Part shown: positions 12,587 to 27,500 of the stretch, piece after piece
Layout of the letters: each line of letters begins with the position of its first letter
Numbering within the stretch: position 1 is the first letter of the stretch
Assembly (NCBI GenBank): GCA_964016885.1
Contig: OZ024743.1
Span: 224,688,001 to 224,752,000, forward strand
DNA: 64,000 nt
Direction of reading: 5' to 3'
From: Eledone cirrhosa
Taxonomy: Eukaryota
The notes under the pieces: model-generated
The model's database searches: none
Told to the model about the DNA's origin: nothing
Seen by the model: only the letters and a program-made list of their open reading frames with translations
Made by a program: the position numbers and the translations under genes

Positions 12587-15500
12587 TTATGGGACATCTT
12601 CAGAAACACTGCTACCCACAGCTAAACCAGAGCTGTCATTACCCTCTTCTTCCTTTTCTCGTTTTGACTTTTTAGCTTTCTTGTGTTTAGAGCGATGATG
12701 TTCATTTGTTTCTTCTTCATCCCGATGTTTCCTACAACAACAAATTTTAGCATTAAACGCAGCTCTCTACTTAACTCCTGATATTGAATTGGGCATCAAA
12801 GTTGCTAACAATGTTGGTACTAACGGAATAAAGTGTCCCATGTGCACATATAAAAGAAACAAACATTAGTTTTAATTGAAATTAATTCTTACCTGCGTGA
12901 ACGGTGCCTGTCTTCCCTGTCTCTATGTCTGTGTTCACGGGTACGTTCACGATCTCTTGACCAAGACCTATCGCGCTCACGATCTCGCTCTCTTTCACGG
13001 TCACGGCGGTACCCACTCCTCATAATAACAAATAAATATTAAATTAAATATATGAAACCATACAACTTATGTCTTCAAATGTTTGAAAGCTAGTAAAAAA
13101 ATCTTAAATTTGCTTTATTATACTAAATTTCACACCTATGCAGGTTTAGTTGGGTGTTGCAATGATAGGGGCCTCAGTTGTGAAAGCTTCTTGCTCAAGA
13201 ACACAATACACCACTTTGGTGAAAAACCAAACCCATGATCATGAATTCAACACCCTTCACTTTTTTTTAATGTGAAACCAAATCTGACAGCATTATACAT
13301 TCAATCACACAACTTCAAATCCAGTGAATAATGTAACCCTACTGTTGCTTCAGTTCTCAAAAGTCAGACATAAAACCTACATCATTTCAACTCTCTGCCT
13401 TTCATCCTTTTGAGGTCGATAGAGTAAGAATCAACCCCCAATACTTGGCTGGCATTTTAAACCTGACCAAGACAAGCTGTATGTTTCGATGATGGGCCCA
13501 TGGATAGTACTTTATAAAAAGTCCCAAAATTATATACAGCAGAACACAATATTGAGAATATATATTCCCCAGAGTGTAGGTTTTTACCTTCTGAACATAA
13601 AGATCTGGCACTGTTATTTTACAAGAGAAATGAAATTGTTTAGTCAAGAATTGAGAATAAAATACAAATATCACCTGTTGTAATCAGAATCCCGTTGTGG
13701 GCTACGATCTCTGTTATAGTCCCAGCGCTCAAAGTTGTTGCTTCTGATTGTAAGAAAAAGAATTTTTATTTATGACAAAACAGTTTAAAACAATAGAGAT
13801 CCTGAGAAAAGTAAAAACACCAGCATTTCAAAGTAGTTATATTTGTTGCTCAAATAATAGTTTCCTTATGTCCTAAGAAGTATTTATATAAGATTGTAGC
13901 AGGTCTTTAACAGTACTATTTAGGATAATGAAAATATCAGTCTCTAAGAGATATATAAATGGATTAAGCCTGATGTATCTTCTACCTTTCAACAAGGACA
14001 TGTTCTATGGTGAGGTATGTAATTCCTTTTAAAAATCAGTTGTAAGGAAGCTTCTGTAGCACAATTTCAGCAAGAGATGCAGGAGAAATAAAAATAACTT
14101 TAAAATAGTGTAATTAATACAATAAAAGACCAGTAAATTTTCAAAAAGCTGGTACAATGACAAATAAAATAAAAACCCAGAGCATTAACATATTTGAAGG
14201 CTATTATCCTCTTTATAAGTGTGGAGTTCAAACGTATTTCAGGTATATAGGCCAATTAAGGAAGAACACACCGATTGCATGTTTTGTTTTGAACTGTTTC
14301 AGCTCCACATTTGAAAAGAAGGTAGTAACCCTGAAATACACTGGGTAAAAATGTTTTATTTGCCCATTATATTTTTCTACTGCATTATACTGGCATTTTT
14401 GAAAATTAGTCTTTTAAATAACTTTAAATGTTTTAAAAAAGGTAAACTTATTGCTCTTTCTTTTAACCCTTTCGTGATCATTATTTCAATGAATTAATAA
14501 AGAATTTCGAGAGATGTACTAAAACTATTCGTTATTTCCTTACTAAGAGAGTAAATAACTTAACATATGGTTTTTATATAAAAAAAATGTTGAAAGATTT
14601 TCAAATTCAAACGGATAGTTTTGTTTCATAACGCTAGAACTAGAGCCAATTTTGGTTGGGTTAGTATCAAGACAGGTAAAGTTGTATACCACCATAGCAA
14701 AAGGAGAGTGAAAATGTGAGCTGGGGCTACATTAGTGTTTTGTTTTAAAGCCAAACCACTGCAACTTTGCACACCCAACTAAAACACAATTGAAATTAGA
14801 TACAAAATTGTGTACATTACAGTAACAATTTTTAATGACTAAGTTTTGTTTTTCATTAAAGGCCCTCAGCCCATCTGTCTAGGATAAAAAGAATAAACAA
14901 ACCTGTGATTGGATTGACTTGTGGGATGCCTGCAAAGTGGCAAATCAGACAGTATTATTATTATTAGTTTTGTCGTTTTCACCCAAACAGATAAGTAAAT
15001 AAAATTGAAGAAATATAGCAAAGAATAATAATTCTCTTTAAAGATGGAGATATAGTAAAAGTATCGAACAATTTAAGTGAAATGATGGGTCTGCTCTGAT
15101 TAAGTAAACCTATGAAGAACGGCATTCCAGCTGTGAATGTCTAATCTTTTTATGGCTATGTAGGACATTTAATATGTCCAGTATGATGTAATTTGAGGGA
15201 GATTTGGATGCTATTTCAAGCAGAGCAAGTAATGTCAGTTAGTGAAAGGTTCACTTTAAATGTGAGCATGGGTTGGATGAGTAATCATAATCCAAGTCAG
15301 AGAACTACACCTCACCCATATGTTCCCTTTTTGGCAGCCCTTGCTAATACCAACCACTCTACAGAATGTAATTGGTGCATTTTATCATAGCATCAATACT
15401 AGAGAATGCAAATATAACCAAATTATAAATTTACTAAAGAAACAGTAAGTTGCTGGATTTAGATACAATAGCAAGAATACCCTTACCATTAGATATTTCA

Positions 15501-18500
15501 CAGTATACTTGGATATAAAATATCTACATGACAAGTCTGTTTATTTTAAAGGATTTAAGGAAAGAAAACATTGTCATGTGAAGACAGATGATCTCCCTCT
15601 CAAAATTCTAAATTAGTAATCAAGACATGACTTCAACTTCAAATATCCTGTACCACATGAAATCGCAGTAGTAAGACATTCTTGAAATGTACAATGACTG
15701 CATCACATTAAAAATTTAAGTCTTTACTTCAAATTTTCATAACTATCTATCTACTAATAAAGTTGATATAAACACTTAAATTATGAAGCTCATTTTTAGA
15801 TATTTTCTGCTAAATCATTACAGGATGTTAGGAGTTAAAGAAAAGAATAATATCTTTCCTATGTCTATAACCTGTAGAAGGTGCATCTGTTTCCCAATTA
15901 ATTGCTGTAGAAGTGCAGTTAAAAACACAGAATTTGAAGCATAGTTTCACCTCCACCAATTAGCTAGGAAAGGCATGAAAGAAACAATCTCACAATTCAG
16001 CTTCTTAAGTTATTAACAAGAAAATAAGAATTAAGCACAGTACCTGTTTTCCCAGTGTGGAGGTGGGTTTGAGTATGTATTAGAATATGGATGGTTATTG
16101 TCATAGTTGTAAGACTGTCGTTCCTCATAGCTAGAATTACTGCAATAAATATAAAAATCATCTTAATAAATTACATGGTAACATCCACAATTAATATCAT
16201 ATCATTTCATTTCTATTATAAAAATCTTGAAGATATTTTTTTAAAATATTCATTGAAATACAAGTTTTTACTTAAAACTAGACAGAATTTCTACCCATCA
16301 AAATTTTGTATTATTATCTGTCATAGTAAAATTTGGTTTAAGGTTTTAATTCTTAATATCACATAAAACCACATTAGCAAGACATACTTGCATCACATTA
16401 AAAAATTACAATTTTTACTTTAGTTTACACAATGATCTGTCTACTAGTAAAGATACAATAAACATTTGAATTAACAAACCCGTATTTTCTGCTAAATCAT
16501 TACAGGGTGTTAAAAGTCTATAGTGTCTGACATGGGGAGAGAGGTTGATATTGAAAGAGTTAATCTATGAATGATATCTCTGCTCTTAATATCTATATAA
16601 AGAAAATATCAATATGTACAGCAAAGCAACAGTAATGAACCAAATTTTCAACCATTTGATTACCCAACACAAAAATATGAGATATCAAAAAAACAAACAA
16701 ACAAAAGATTATATTCAATAACATGAGAGAAAGAGAATTTCTAAATAACAGCCTTAGTTGACCAGTGGAACTTAGTTCAATACTAGTATACAGTAGTGAT
16801 TTCACTAGGCAGAAATATTTGAATTCTGAGTATGAATTAGAGAAATAAAGGAAATATACTATGTATGAGAGGGGGCATAGTATTTTTCTTAGATAGGATA
16901 GAGCTGAGAATATAACATGAACAAAATACTCCTTTTTTTAAGCTAAATTAGGCTGAATGAGAGAGCAGCCTCAGGGAATTTTGAGCTAATAGTAAACATT
17001 TTCAACATTAGATGTAACAAAGAAACTATAATAATAAAAAACAAACAAACAATACTTACCGATCAGATGGTTGGTTCTGTGGCTGATAATATGCTGAAAG
17101 AAAAACAAAATTACGAAATATTTCAAACAATATAATGTCTTCAATAACCTAAAACACCCCTTCAAATCAGATGTTAATAATACAATAAAAGGCATGACTG
17201 CTCCAGTTCGGGGTTCGTATATAAGCAATTGCGATATGATCCTGTATACCCAACAGGTCGTTTAAAATTACATACAAAAAATACTTTTTGCATATGTATA
17301 GTGGTGAGTGAAAAGACCAAGACAACATAGAATAGCAGAGAGGAACTTCTGATTCTGTTAAATCCCTGACAACCTCTTGTGTTGGTGTCATAATAAAATG
17401 CACCCAATGCAATTTGTGAAGTGATTAGTCATCAGAAACAGTGGAGGGTAGAGGATTCTTCAGCTTCGTCAAGCATATGACAACCTTTCTAGTGCTGGTG
17501 CCATGATAAAATGCATCCAGTACACTGTAAAGTGGTAATACTGTCACCATGATAAAATACACCCAGTACATATTCCAAAGTGGTTGGCATTCAACCATAG
17601 TTGCCAACTGACTATTGGTAGCTTATCTCTTACTCTATGACTTGATAGGAGAATTAATAATTGTTTCTACTTTTGGCACAAGGCCAGCAATTATCCAGTG
17701 CATTACTGGTACTTTATTTTATCGACCCCGTAAGGATGAAAGGCAAAGTCAACCTCGGCGGGATTTGAACTCAGATCGTAAAGGGACGTAACTATGCTGG
17801 AAAGCATGGCGTCCGACCCTCTACCGATACTGCCAATAATGATTTCTAATTTAGACACAAAGTCACCGATTTGTGTGGAGAAAAAGGCTATTATATCAAC
17901 CCCAGTACTTGACAGGTACTTTATTTAAAAATCTTGGAAGGATGAAAAGTGAAGTTAACCTTGGCGTAACTTGAACTCAATGTAAAGAACCAAAACAAAT
18001 ACTGCAGTGGCACTTTATCCAACACCCTACCAATTCTGCCAATCCACCAGATAGAGGAATTATTAATAAACCTTATTTTCAATTACTGAAAGGTGCTCAG
18101 AAAAAGTATTAACACTAAAGGGTGGAATTTCTTGCAAACACCTGAATATTATGCAATATTTAGATTCAAGAAAAATATGAATTGATCTTTAAATTAAAGA
18201 ATTTTATAAAGTACAAATATAAAAATCATCTACAGAAACAAGTTAGACATATATATTAGAAGGTACAATGTGTAATACTTACAATCATAACCATCTGTTG
18301 TAGGTGGTGGAACTGGGAAAGCAGGGGGTATCATTGCTACTCCAGGAGGTGGAGGCATACCTGCAAAAAAATAAACAAACACCAGTAAAATACAAAGACA
18401 GTATCCAAGAGACAGCGCTTAACTGCTTCTTTTTCTCTAACTCATTTATTGACTGACCAAGCCTTGAAAAATAAAACCAAATATGTATCAAAGGATAGGT

Positions 18501-21500
18501 TAGATTACATTACTTCTGGATAGATACTTCAAAGAATTTATTAAATCTATGAATTTGAGAGATTCAGAAGCTTAGTAGGAGGTTCTGGACTACAACACAA
18601 ATGTCACAAGTACAATCTCTGTTAATAAAATTGGAGGTCATATTCTGTCTTAAACTATATTACTATCATGTTGAGTAGAGAGCAAAAAGAAAAATAGATG
18701 CCAATCTCCCATTACATAAAATGGCAGCCAATCATGAAAAACCTGCATCTTCAGTTCATATGAATGGAAACTTCTTTTAAATAGGTATGAGACAAAACAT
18801 CTATAGAGAATGGTTCAGTTGGTTTAATCAAGATAAGCACATGGCTTCCCACACTAGCATAAAATGTTAGATTAAATATTCAGATTAAAGTGGTTTGAGT
18901 TAAGAAGGGCATCTATCCATAGAAACTATATCAAAAATGGAATGTATGTAGGATGTGGTCCTTTGACCCATCCAGAAACACTGTAGCTTCAATGAAAAAC
19001 TGACTTGGCCTATATAACAACCTGCCCAGCCCATGTTATCATGGAATAAGCTTAAAAAGATAATCATGATGTCAATGATTGAGTCATGTTTCTGAAAGCT
19101 GATCTTCCATCATAATGATACTAACCTGGGGGTGGCATACCTGGAGGTGGCATACCAGGTGGAGGGAGTCCATATTCAGGAATTTGTGCCAGATGAGGAT
19201 GATGAGGTTGGATACCAGATGGTGCAACTCCAGAATATGGCTTGCGGCTAAAGTATATAAACATTGGAGGGTCACGAGATTGGTGACAGTAATGGTAAAA
19301 AGACAGTATATATTTAGTGAAGGTTAAAAGTACCAATTTGAATTGAATGTAATGAAAAATTACTATCACTTACTAATCATTGGAATCTGTAGTTGGTATG
19401 GGTTCACTATTGTTAGCTGACTGGGCTGGTCTCCTTGAGTCTCTAGCTGTAGTTCCAATCACATCTATTGTACCAGACATTTTTCTGTTAGGAGGAGGTG
19501 CAGCTCGCTTACCCAGTAAACTCACAGGAGTATTGCCGGCATCTGCAAGAAACAGAGTAAAAAACATCAGCAATTCACAACTGATAACCTCATCATATAA
19601 AAAAACACAAAATATCTGGTCATACAAGAATTAACAAAGTTTAGAAAAAAAAAAACTTACTGTTCAATGTTGCAGGTTTTTCTTCAGGCGTACTGCGAGG
19701 GTTAACAGCAGGTGTTGGAGCACCAGCATGGTGGACCTGGAATAATGAAATTGTTTTGAGAGATAATTGTTTAACAAACATACTTTCTAATATCACTCAC
19801 CAGTGGGCCCTTGACCTAAAAATATTTGAAGGCAGTGTTGTTGCTCTCAACATCAACAATCAACATTTCAAACATATTTGGTATGCATAAATCTAGTCAA
19901 AACTGCCCATCTAAAAGCTCCATTTCTCTCTCATATTTTGAATCAGTAACTAGTCAGATGGAGCTTTAACTGTCCCACACTATCTACTCATGTGTGCCCC
20001 AGAGCTTAGTTCATTCCTTTACACTCTTCTTTCTATACATTAATAACCTACATGCTGACACATCAAACAATGCCTTCAGATGATACTTCACTTCATTCTT
20101 CCATACCAAAGTGTTATCCATATACAACCTAGGCACCTTATACCAAATCAACACTGGTTCCATGAACAGAAACCTCAATGGGGTCATGACAATCTTGTCT
20201 CTTTCCATTGCAAAAAATACAGATGCTGCTTATAAAAAAAAAAATCATTGCACTTCACTCCAATTCACTCATAAGCAAACAACTGGAGTTCTTGGGAATG
20301 TTCCAAATGTTAAGCCTCACTATCACTGAGGATCTTTCATGGCGAGTACACAACTTTAACAATGCACCACCAGGAATCAAACTCATGATATAACAATTGT
20401 GAGCCAAACACCTTAACCACAAAGCCATGCACCTTTACATAGCAGTCATACATAAAAAGTTTCTAATATTTCAAATTCAGAATTTTATGAAACTAAAATG
20501 CACTAACCATTATTTTATTGCTCTGATTCTCCATACGTAATCGCCGTTGTTTCTCACAATACTGTTGCCAAGTATCTTCATTGAAACCATAATTGAAATA
20601 ATCTGTGATGTCAGCACCTGTGAGAAACAAAACAAATCCTTTTAATATCAAATCACTTGAAACCACCTCTGGTCTTAAGATACTAAGCAGATTATTTTAA
20701 AGTATTTATATTTATCTCAAAACCCTCTATCATAATTTTATGTAAGAATCTTTGTCACATTCTAAATACCTGCTTCATAATTAGAAAGTTGGTTATATTA
20801 TGAAATCCTTCCAAATTCTTTGACAATCTTAGGCAGTGGCTTTTATTAGAAATATTGACAAAGGAACGTGACAAGTGGAGAGATGCTAAGAAGGACCTGT
20901 CCAAGCAGGGAACAACAGACATAAAATGATTATTATTATGAACGGAGTAAGGCTACTATGAAGTACAACTGCTGAAAAATTATAGTACTTGACTGCTGAT
21001 CCTATGGTTGTAAGTTCAATGTTGGAGCTCTGGCGGTTCCAAAAAATGTTCGTTATTTAATCAATGGAACAGCCCGATTGTGAAATTAATGTGCAAGTGG
21101 CTGAGCATTCCACAGATGTGTACCCTTAATGTTGTTTTCAGGGAGATTCAGTGTGACATACAGTGACAAGACTGGCCTTTTGAATTGCAGGTACAACTAG
21201 GTATTGCAAACTGAGTGGACTGTAGCAATGTGAAATAAAGTGACACAACGCACCACTGGGAAATGATCAATGTGCTACCATGAATCAAACCCTGACCTTA
21301 TGAACATGAGGTGAACACTAACTTAATAAGCCATGCACCTTCACATGGGAAGTGAACTTTTAGTTAATTTTTTTATTTACTATTAAGATGCTGATGTCTT
21401 GTTTATTGTATTCTGGTCTAGCCTCAGAACATGACATGTTTAACCCATGCAAATATAGAAAAATAGATGTTAACGAGTGATAATGATGATTTTATGCTGA

Positions 21501-24500
21501 CCATTTTTTGCTTTATTTTTACTACCAATTTTCCTGATGTAGTAATTAAATTATATACTATATTCTCATGCAAACAAAATTTTTAGAGCATCTTAAACAT
21601 CATTCCATATTTAGTGTTGAAACTTGTACAGAAATTGATAAAAATCAAAGTTTTGGAAAGTATTTAATAATAGGAAGTATTTAATAATAGGAAATGTTTA
21701 TGTAAAAAGTGATTAAACAGCTAATATTTAACCCTTTTGATACCAACCTGCCAGAAACTGCCCTGGGTTCTACAATAAAACTGCTTGTTTTAAAATGTTT
21801 ATATTTATTTAAAAACCTTCCATCATAATTTTATGAAAGAACCATAGTTAAGTTAAACTTCAAATATCAGATAAATAATGAAAGTTATATTACTAAATCC
21901 TTCCAAATAGTTTCAAAATTATTTGAAAATCATAGACAATTTCTTTCATTAGAAATATGGTAATAGAAGGATTAAAGGAACTTACCAGGCTTTCTCCAAG
22001 GTTTATCTTCTGCCTGCAGGCTATCAAAATCAAAGTCATAGGTAGGGATACCATTGTTTGTGCCAACAGCTTCCAAATCAATTCCTTTACCTTGAGGTTT
22101 GTTTAAACCCCCTGTTCCTGGAAATTATAAATGCAAAAATAAAATGAAATATTAAGAAGTTTTAAATAATAAATCATTTACAAGTACATTATAGAACAAA
22201 TTTACAACAATAGGAGTTTCAAACCTATTTTCCCTGCAAGTTTTTCTGCTTGGTGTCTCTATTTTGCCTAATTATTTGCAAACTTCCTCACCAAGCAGCT
22301 GACTTTCATTTTATCCTCCATCATCTTTAGTCATAGATTTTTTGGTCTTCCTCTTCCCATTACTCCCCTCATTCAGTCATCTTCATCCTTCCTCAACACA
22401 CGAGCCAACCATCTCATTCCAAGTATAAAACATATCTGAGTGAGAATAAAACAAGACCAAACTTTTTGGTCAAACACAACCACTGGTGAATCAGGCTTTT
22501 TATGTTATTTCATTTTGTCATTTTTTAAGAAAAGATTTTATTTTCGGCTAAATTAAGGTAGGTGGTAAAGTCGTTTGGTTAACTTTGCCTTTTGGTGGGG
22601 TCAATAAATATAGAACCAGTTTAATACTTTGTCTCTTTCCCACTCACTCTCTCTAAAAGATATTGGATGTATTCTGACCTGGAGAAGGATGGGCTCCACC
22701 AGGTTTAAATGCCCAAAATGCCATATGTCACGATGGTATCCTCTACAACTCCAATATGAGTTAAGGTCCAACTGATGGTTGGCATGGATAGAAATGATGG
22801 TAACTTTGACACACACATAATACCAGAAATTAAATGTTGCTACTGATTCAAACTTTTAATGAAATTAATCCATTATAATTACCTGATGAAGATTTGTTAT
22901 AACCAGTACCCTGTTTGAAAATTCTTGGTGGTCTAAAAGATAAAATAAAATTAAAATAATAAAAATTACTGAGTATACAAAAAAAAAAAAGTCACAAATA
23001 AAACAAAATAAATTCGGTAAAAATTGAAATAAATGAATGAAAATGTATTATCGAGGGCAAGTAAGTCTAGTAGAAACCATCCCCCCTTTGAGGCTATTAA
23101 CTATGTTACAGTTCACACTTATGTAAGTCTAGCTGGCTGCAACTCATTGAAAGCTTTCCCGGTGTTTTAATGATAGGAGCTCCAGCCCTATCATTAACAA
23201 TAGGTAGATACTACAGATTAAAAAACTGAATTAGCACATTTGGGAATTTTACTAGTGTCTTAGAAGTTGGGGTGAAAATAACCACAATGATAAATTCTTA
23301 GATATTACAATTTCTTTAGAAAGGAGAGATAACTTACTCATATACTGATGGCCCTGACTTGATGTCGCCAATAGTAACCTGGACCAAATCATCATCGTCA
23401 GAATCGTCATCATCTTTACGGTCTCCGAGATCTTCTTCACCACTCTAGAAATACAAAACAATACAATTTCATTTCAATAATAAGGGTTTATAATTTAGTC
23501 ACAAGGACAGCAATTTCTACATCTAACCAAGTATGTGACTGGTTCCTTATTTCCTTGACCCCAGAAGGTTGAAATGCAAAGTTGACAGTAGCAGGATAAT
23601 GCCATCAATAAATAACTATCACTAATTAACTCTTTTGATACCAAACTCTGATGGAGAATTGTTTTTAAATGTTTATATTCATCTAAAAACCTTCCATTAT
23701 AATTTTATGGAAGTACCTTTTTAAATTATGTTCCAAACACCATCTTAATAAGAAGAAAGCTAGTTATATTACTAAATTCTTTCAAATTGTTCATTAATTT
23801 CAAAATCATTTAATAATACTAGGCAGTGTTTTTTATTAGATATATATATATATAAGAATGAAGATCAGTGCTGTGAAGACAGACATTTGTCTTCTTGAGA
23901 AGGCCTGTGCTGTGTGCTCTGTATGTGAGTGGAGTTACACTGAAGCAGATGGAGAAGTTCAAGTATTGTGAAGGCGTTTTGACAAGAGATGGAAGACAGA
24001 AGGCTGAATTAAATGCAAGAATTGCAAGAGCTGGTGCAGTAATACACCAGTTTCAGCACTTGATCATCAGAATGAAGGACGGTGTAAAAGCCAAACTCAC
24101 TATCTTCAATTTGTTATTTGTGCTTCCCCTTACACTCTGAATAGTGACCAAAAGAATACAATTGTGAACACAAGTGGCTGAAATGTGGTTCCTCTGAAGG
24201 TTCTCTGAAGTAATGTTACTTGACAGGGTGCATAATTTGGAGATCAAAGAGTCACTCCAGGTAGAGCTGCTACTTCTCCATATTAAGAGATCACAGCTCT
24301 GATATTAAGGACAAGTTCTTTAATGTCTAAGAACAGAATCACAGGACAGATTTTATGAGCAAAGCCAACTAGTTGGAGACCCAGAGGTAGACTACAAGCA
24401 AGGTTGTTGGATACCATCCATAACCTTGGTTGGTCTTGCATGTGGATCAAGCCCAATCATTTGGAGATGGCTCCTGCTTCTAAGATTCTTTGGAAGGTGT

Positions 24501-27500
24501 GTCTAAGGACTCTGTCTCACAATTGTCGCAGAAATAAAAGGTCAAAGAAGATTACATAAATCAAGCAAGTAACTGCCATTGCAGCATATCCCACAGATAG
24601 ACATGAAAGTAGCTGCCATTATAACATAGACATGTGAGAAATGGCACTATTCGGGAAAGTGGGGATGGCTGTCAAAACACTCATGTTTTCAATTGAAAAT
24701 CTATACAAACGCAAAATAGTTGAATAAAAATCCTCATGTGTAAAGAGAAACAAGACTAATTATCATTTTAACCTATAAAAAACAATTATGTACAATAAAT
24801 TCATGTCCTAGTCAGGTACTGGATATGGTATTATCAACCATGTAAAGTGGTCGTCTTGGTGACACAACAAAAAGCACCCAGCCTACACTGTAAAGTGGTT
24901 GTGTAGTTGTCAAGACAAAAATACCCAGTCCACACTATAAAGAGGTCGTGTAGGTCTCATGATAAAAAGCATCAGTCCATACTGTAAAATGGTCGTGTAT
25001 CTGCCACGACAAAAAACACCCAGTCCACACTGTAAAGAGGTTGTGTAGGTCTCACGACAAAAAGCACCCAGTCCACAATGTAAAGTGGTCGTGTAGGTGT
25101 CAGGGCAAAAAACACCCAGTCCACACTGTAAAGGGGTCATGTAGGTGTCACAACAAAAAAGCATCCAGTACTCACTGTAAATGAGGTTGGCATTAGGAGG
25201 GGCATCCAGCTGCAGGAACCAAGTCAAAATCAGTTCTGTATGAGCAGGACATGAACACCTGACCTAGCATTGCTCACAACAGGACAACTCATGCCAGCAT
25301 GGAAAATGGACGTTAAATGATGATGATGTCCTACCCCTAGGTATTCAATCCAATGCTCTAACAGCTCTGTCAATTTGTCTGTCATTGAAAGAACTAATAT
25401 GTCACAGATCTCAAAAATTGAAATTAAAGAGTAAAGCTAAAGTTACCAATTCTCCTGCCTCTTTATCATCAGGGTCTTTAGGTTTGGCCTGACTGGATCC
25501 ATTAGTGGCTGATGGAGGACTACTTTCCTTTACCGATCCTTCAGACTTTACACTTTCATCAGCATCATTTCTTCCATCACTAAAAACAAAAAAAACAAAA
25601 AAATCATTTATTATTCCCAAAATTTATACAAGTAATTATTTAAAAGGGCTACAAATTTTGCCAGTAATTTTTGCTTTCATATCAAATTTTCAGGTTGGTG
25701 GAGACTTTTGTAAGTTCTTAAGATGCTAGATTTAAAGTGAAATATATTGAAACAAAAAAAAACTCTCTAAAATAATAAAAATAGGAATATAGATGGATAC
25801 AATGCATTTTAGTTAGGACTCAGTGTAGCCTGCAAACAGCATCTATGCCATGCAACATGAGTATGTTCAAATATCATACTTATGTTACATATGAGCAGCA
25901 GACAGTGTTCCTAGCATGTGCAGATAGAAACCATGCCACACCACACTAACAAGGCATGTGCATGCATCATCATAGGTATGTGCTGACAGTATCCATAGCA
26001 TAACATATAGGTAAGTCCTGACAGCATCCATACTATAAACCATACAAGGGTTGGCTGAAAAGTTCAAAGGATGATACTCTCATGGAATGTGACCAAATGA
26101 GGTTTATTTTTCAACATAGTCACCCTTGCACTTCACACACTTCTTCCATCAACGTTGCAGTGCTTGGATCCCATTGGTGAAGAAGCTTTCATCCTGTTAG
26201 TCAAAAAAGTAATTAACAGTAGATATGACGTCATCATCACTGCAATATTGGTTCACAGCTAAGTGTATTTTCATGTTGGGGAACAAATAATAGTCAGATA
26301 GGGCCAATCAGGAGAATAGGGAGGGTGATAAATCATTTCAAGCGACAGTCAAACACAGCAGTCAATGAAACCAAGGATTTGTGTGCTGAAGCATTGTCCT
26401 GATAAAATAAGACCCCCTTTGTCAGTTTTCCTGGCATTTGGTCTTGATAGACTTTCATAACTTCCTCAGAAGGTTGTCATAGTACTCTCCATTGATGGTG
26501 AGGTCCTTTTGAAGATAGTCAATAAACATAATGTCTTTTGCATTCTCAAAAACCGAGGCTGTCACCTTCCTTGCAGATGAAATAATGCATAGGGATGTGC
26601 TGACAATATCTATGGCATAATACATAGATAAGTACTGACAGCATTCATGGTATGTCACATACTACAAATAAATCATCCTCTAAAAATCAATTTCAAGAAA
26701 ACACTTACCTAGCTGGAGCTGGTTCTGAATTTTCTTTACTTTCAGAATCTAAAAAAAAAAAAAAAAAAAAATATTGAATAAACTGAGATAGACACCCGTG
26801 TAACTGGTTTCTTATGAAGTTGCATTGCATAGGAGGTTTCTTTGTGTTTTAATGATAGGGGTTACAGTCATATTATGAAAAACAATGTGAAATGAAGCAT
26901 CTTATTCAAGAACATAACGTGCCACCTAGTCCAGGAACCATACCGACAACCATATGACAATGAGTTCAATAACTTAACCACTAAGCCAAAATATAAGTCA
27001 AAATAAGAATAAATTTAGTCATAACTAAAGAGTAGACATACAAACACACTTCAATAGCAACTAAAGGTTTCAGAAACAATTTGTGATATGGAATATGAAA
27101 AGCTGTGTGTTAATTATGATAGTTTAACACTTTAGCATTTCATTACTCTATATTTACTATTGTATTTTCATGACAAACACTTTATCTCACATAATATCAA
27201 ATCTATGAGATTTTGATATTATATATTTTGAGAACAATACCTTAACCTTTTAGCATTTACATTACTCTATATATACTATTGAATTTTCGCAGTAAAGGCT
27301 TTATCTTACATAATTATCTCACATAATATCGAATCTATAAGATTTTGATGATATTTATTTTGAGAACAATACCTTTACATAAGTATGAGTTGCTGGTTAC
27401 AGCCGGTTTAAACTGAAAGAGGTGAGAGAATTCTGGCCGGATATGACTGATTGAAATGCCAAAGGGTTAACATAAGTATGAGCAGCCGGTTTGAACAGAA

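Noticed and set aside
24840-25180. Regular ~46-bp repeats resembling a CRISPR array
   Set aside because: Tandem units without unique spacers, part of an RTE 3' UTR, in eukaryotic DNA with no cas genes.
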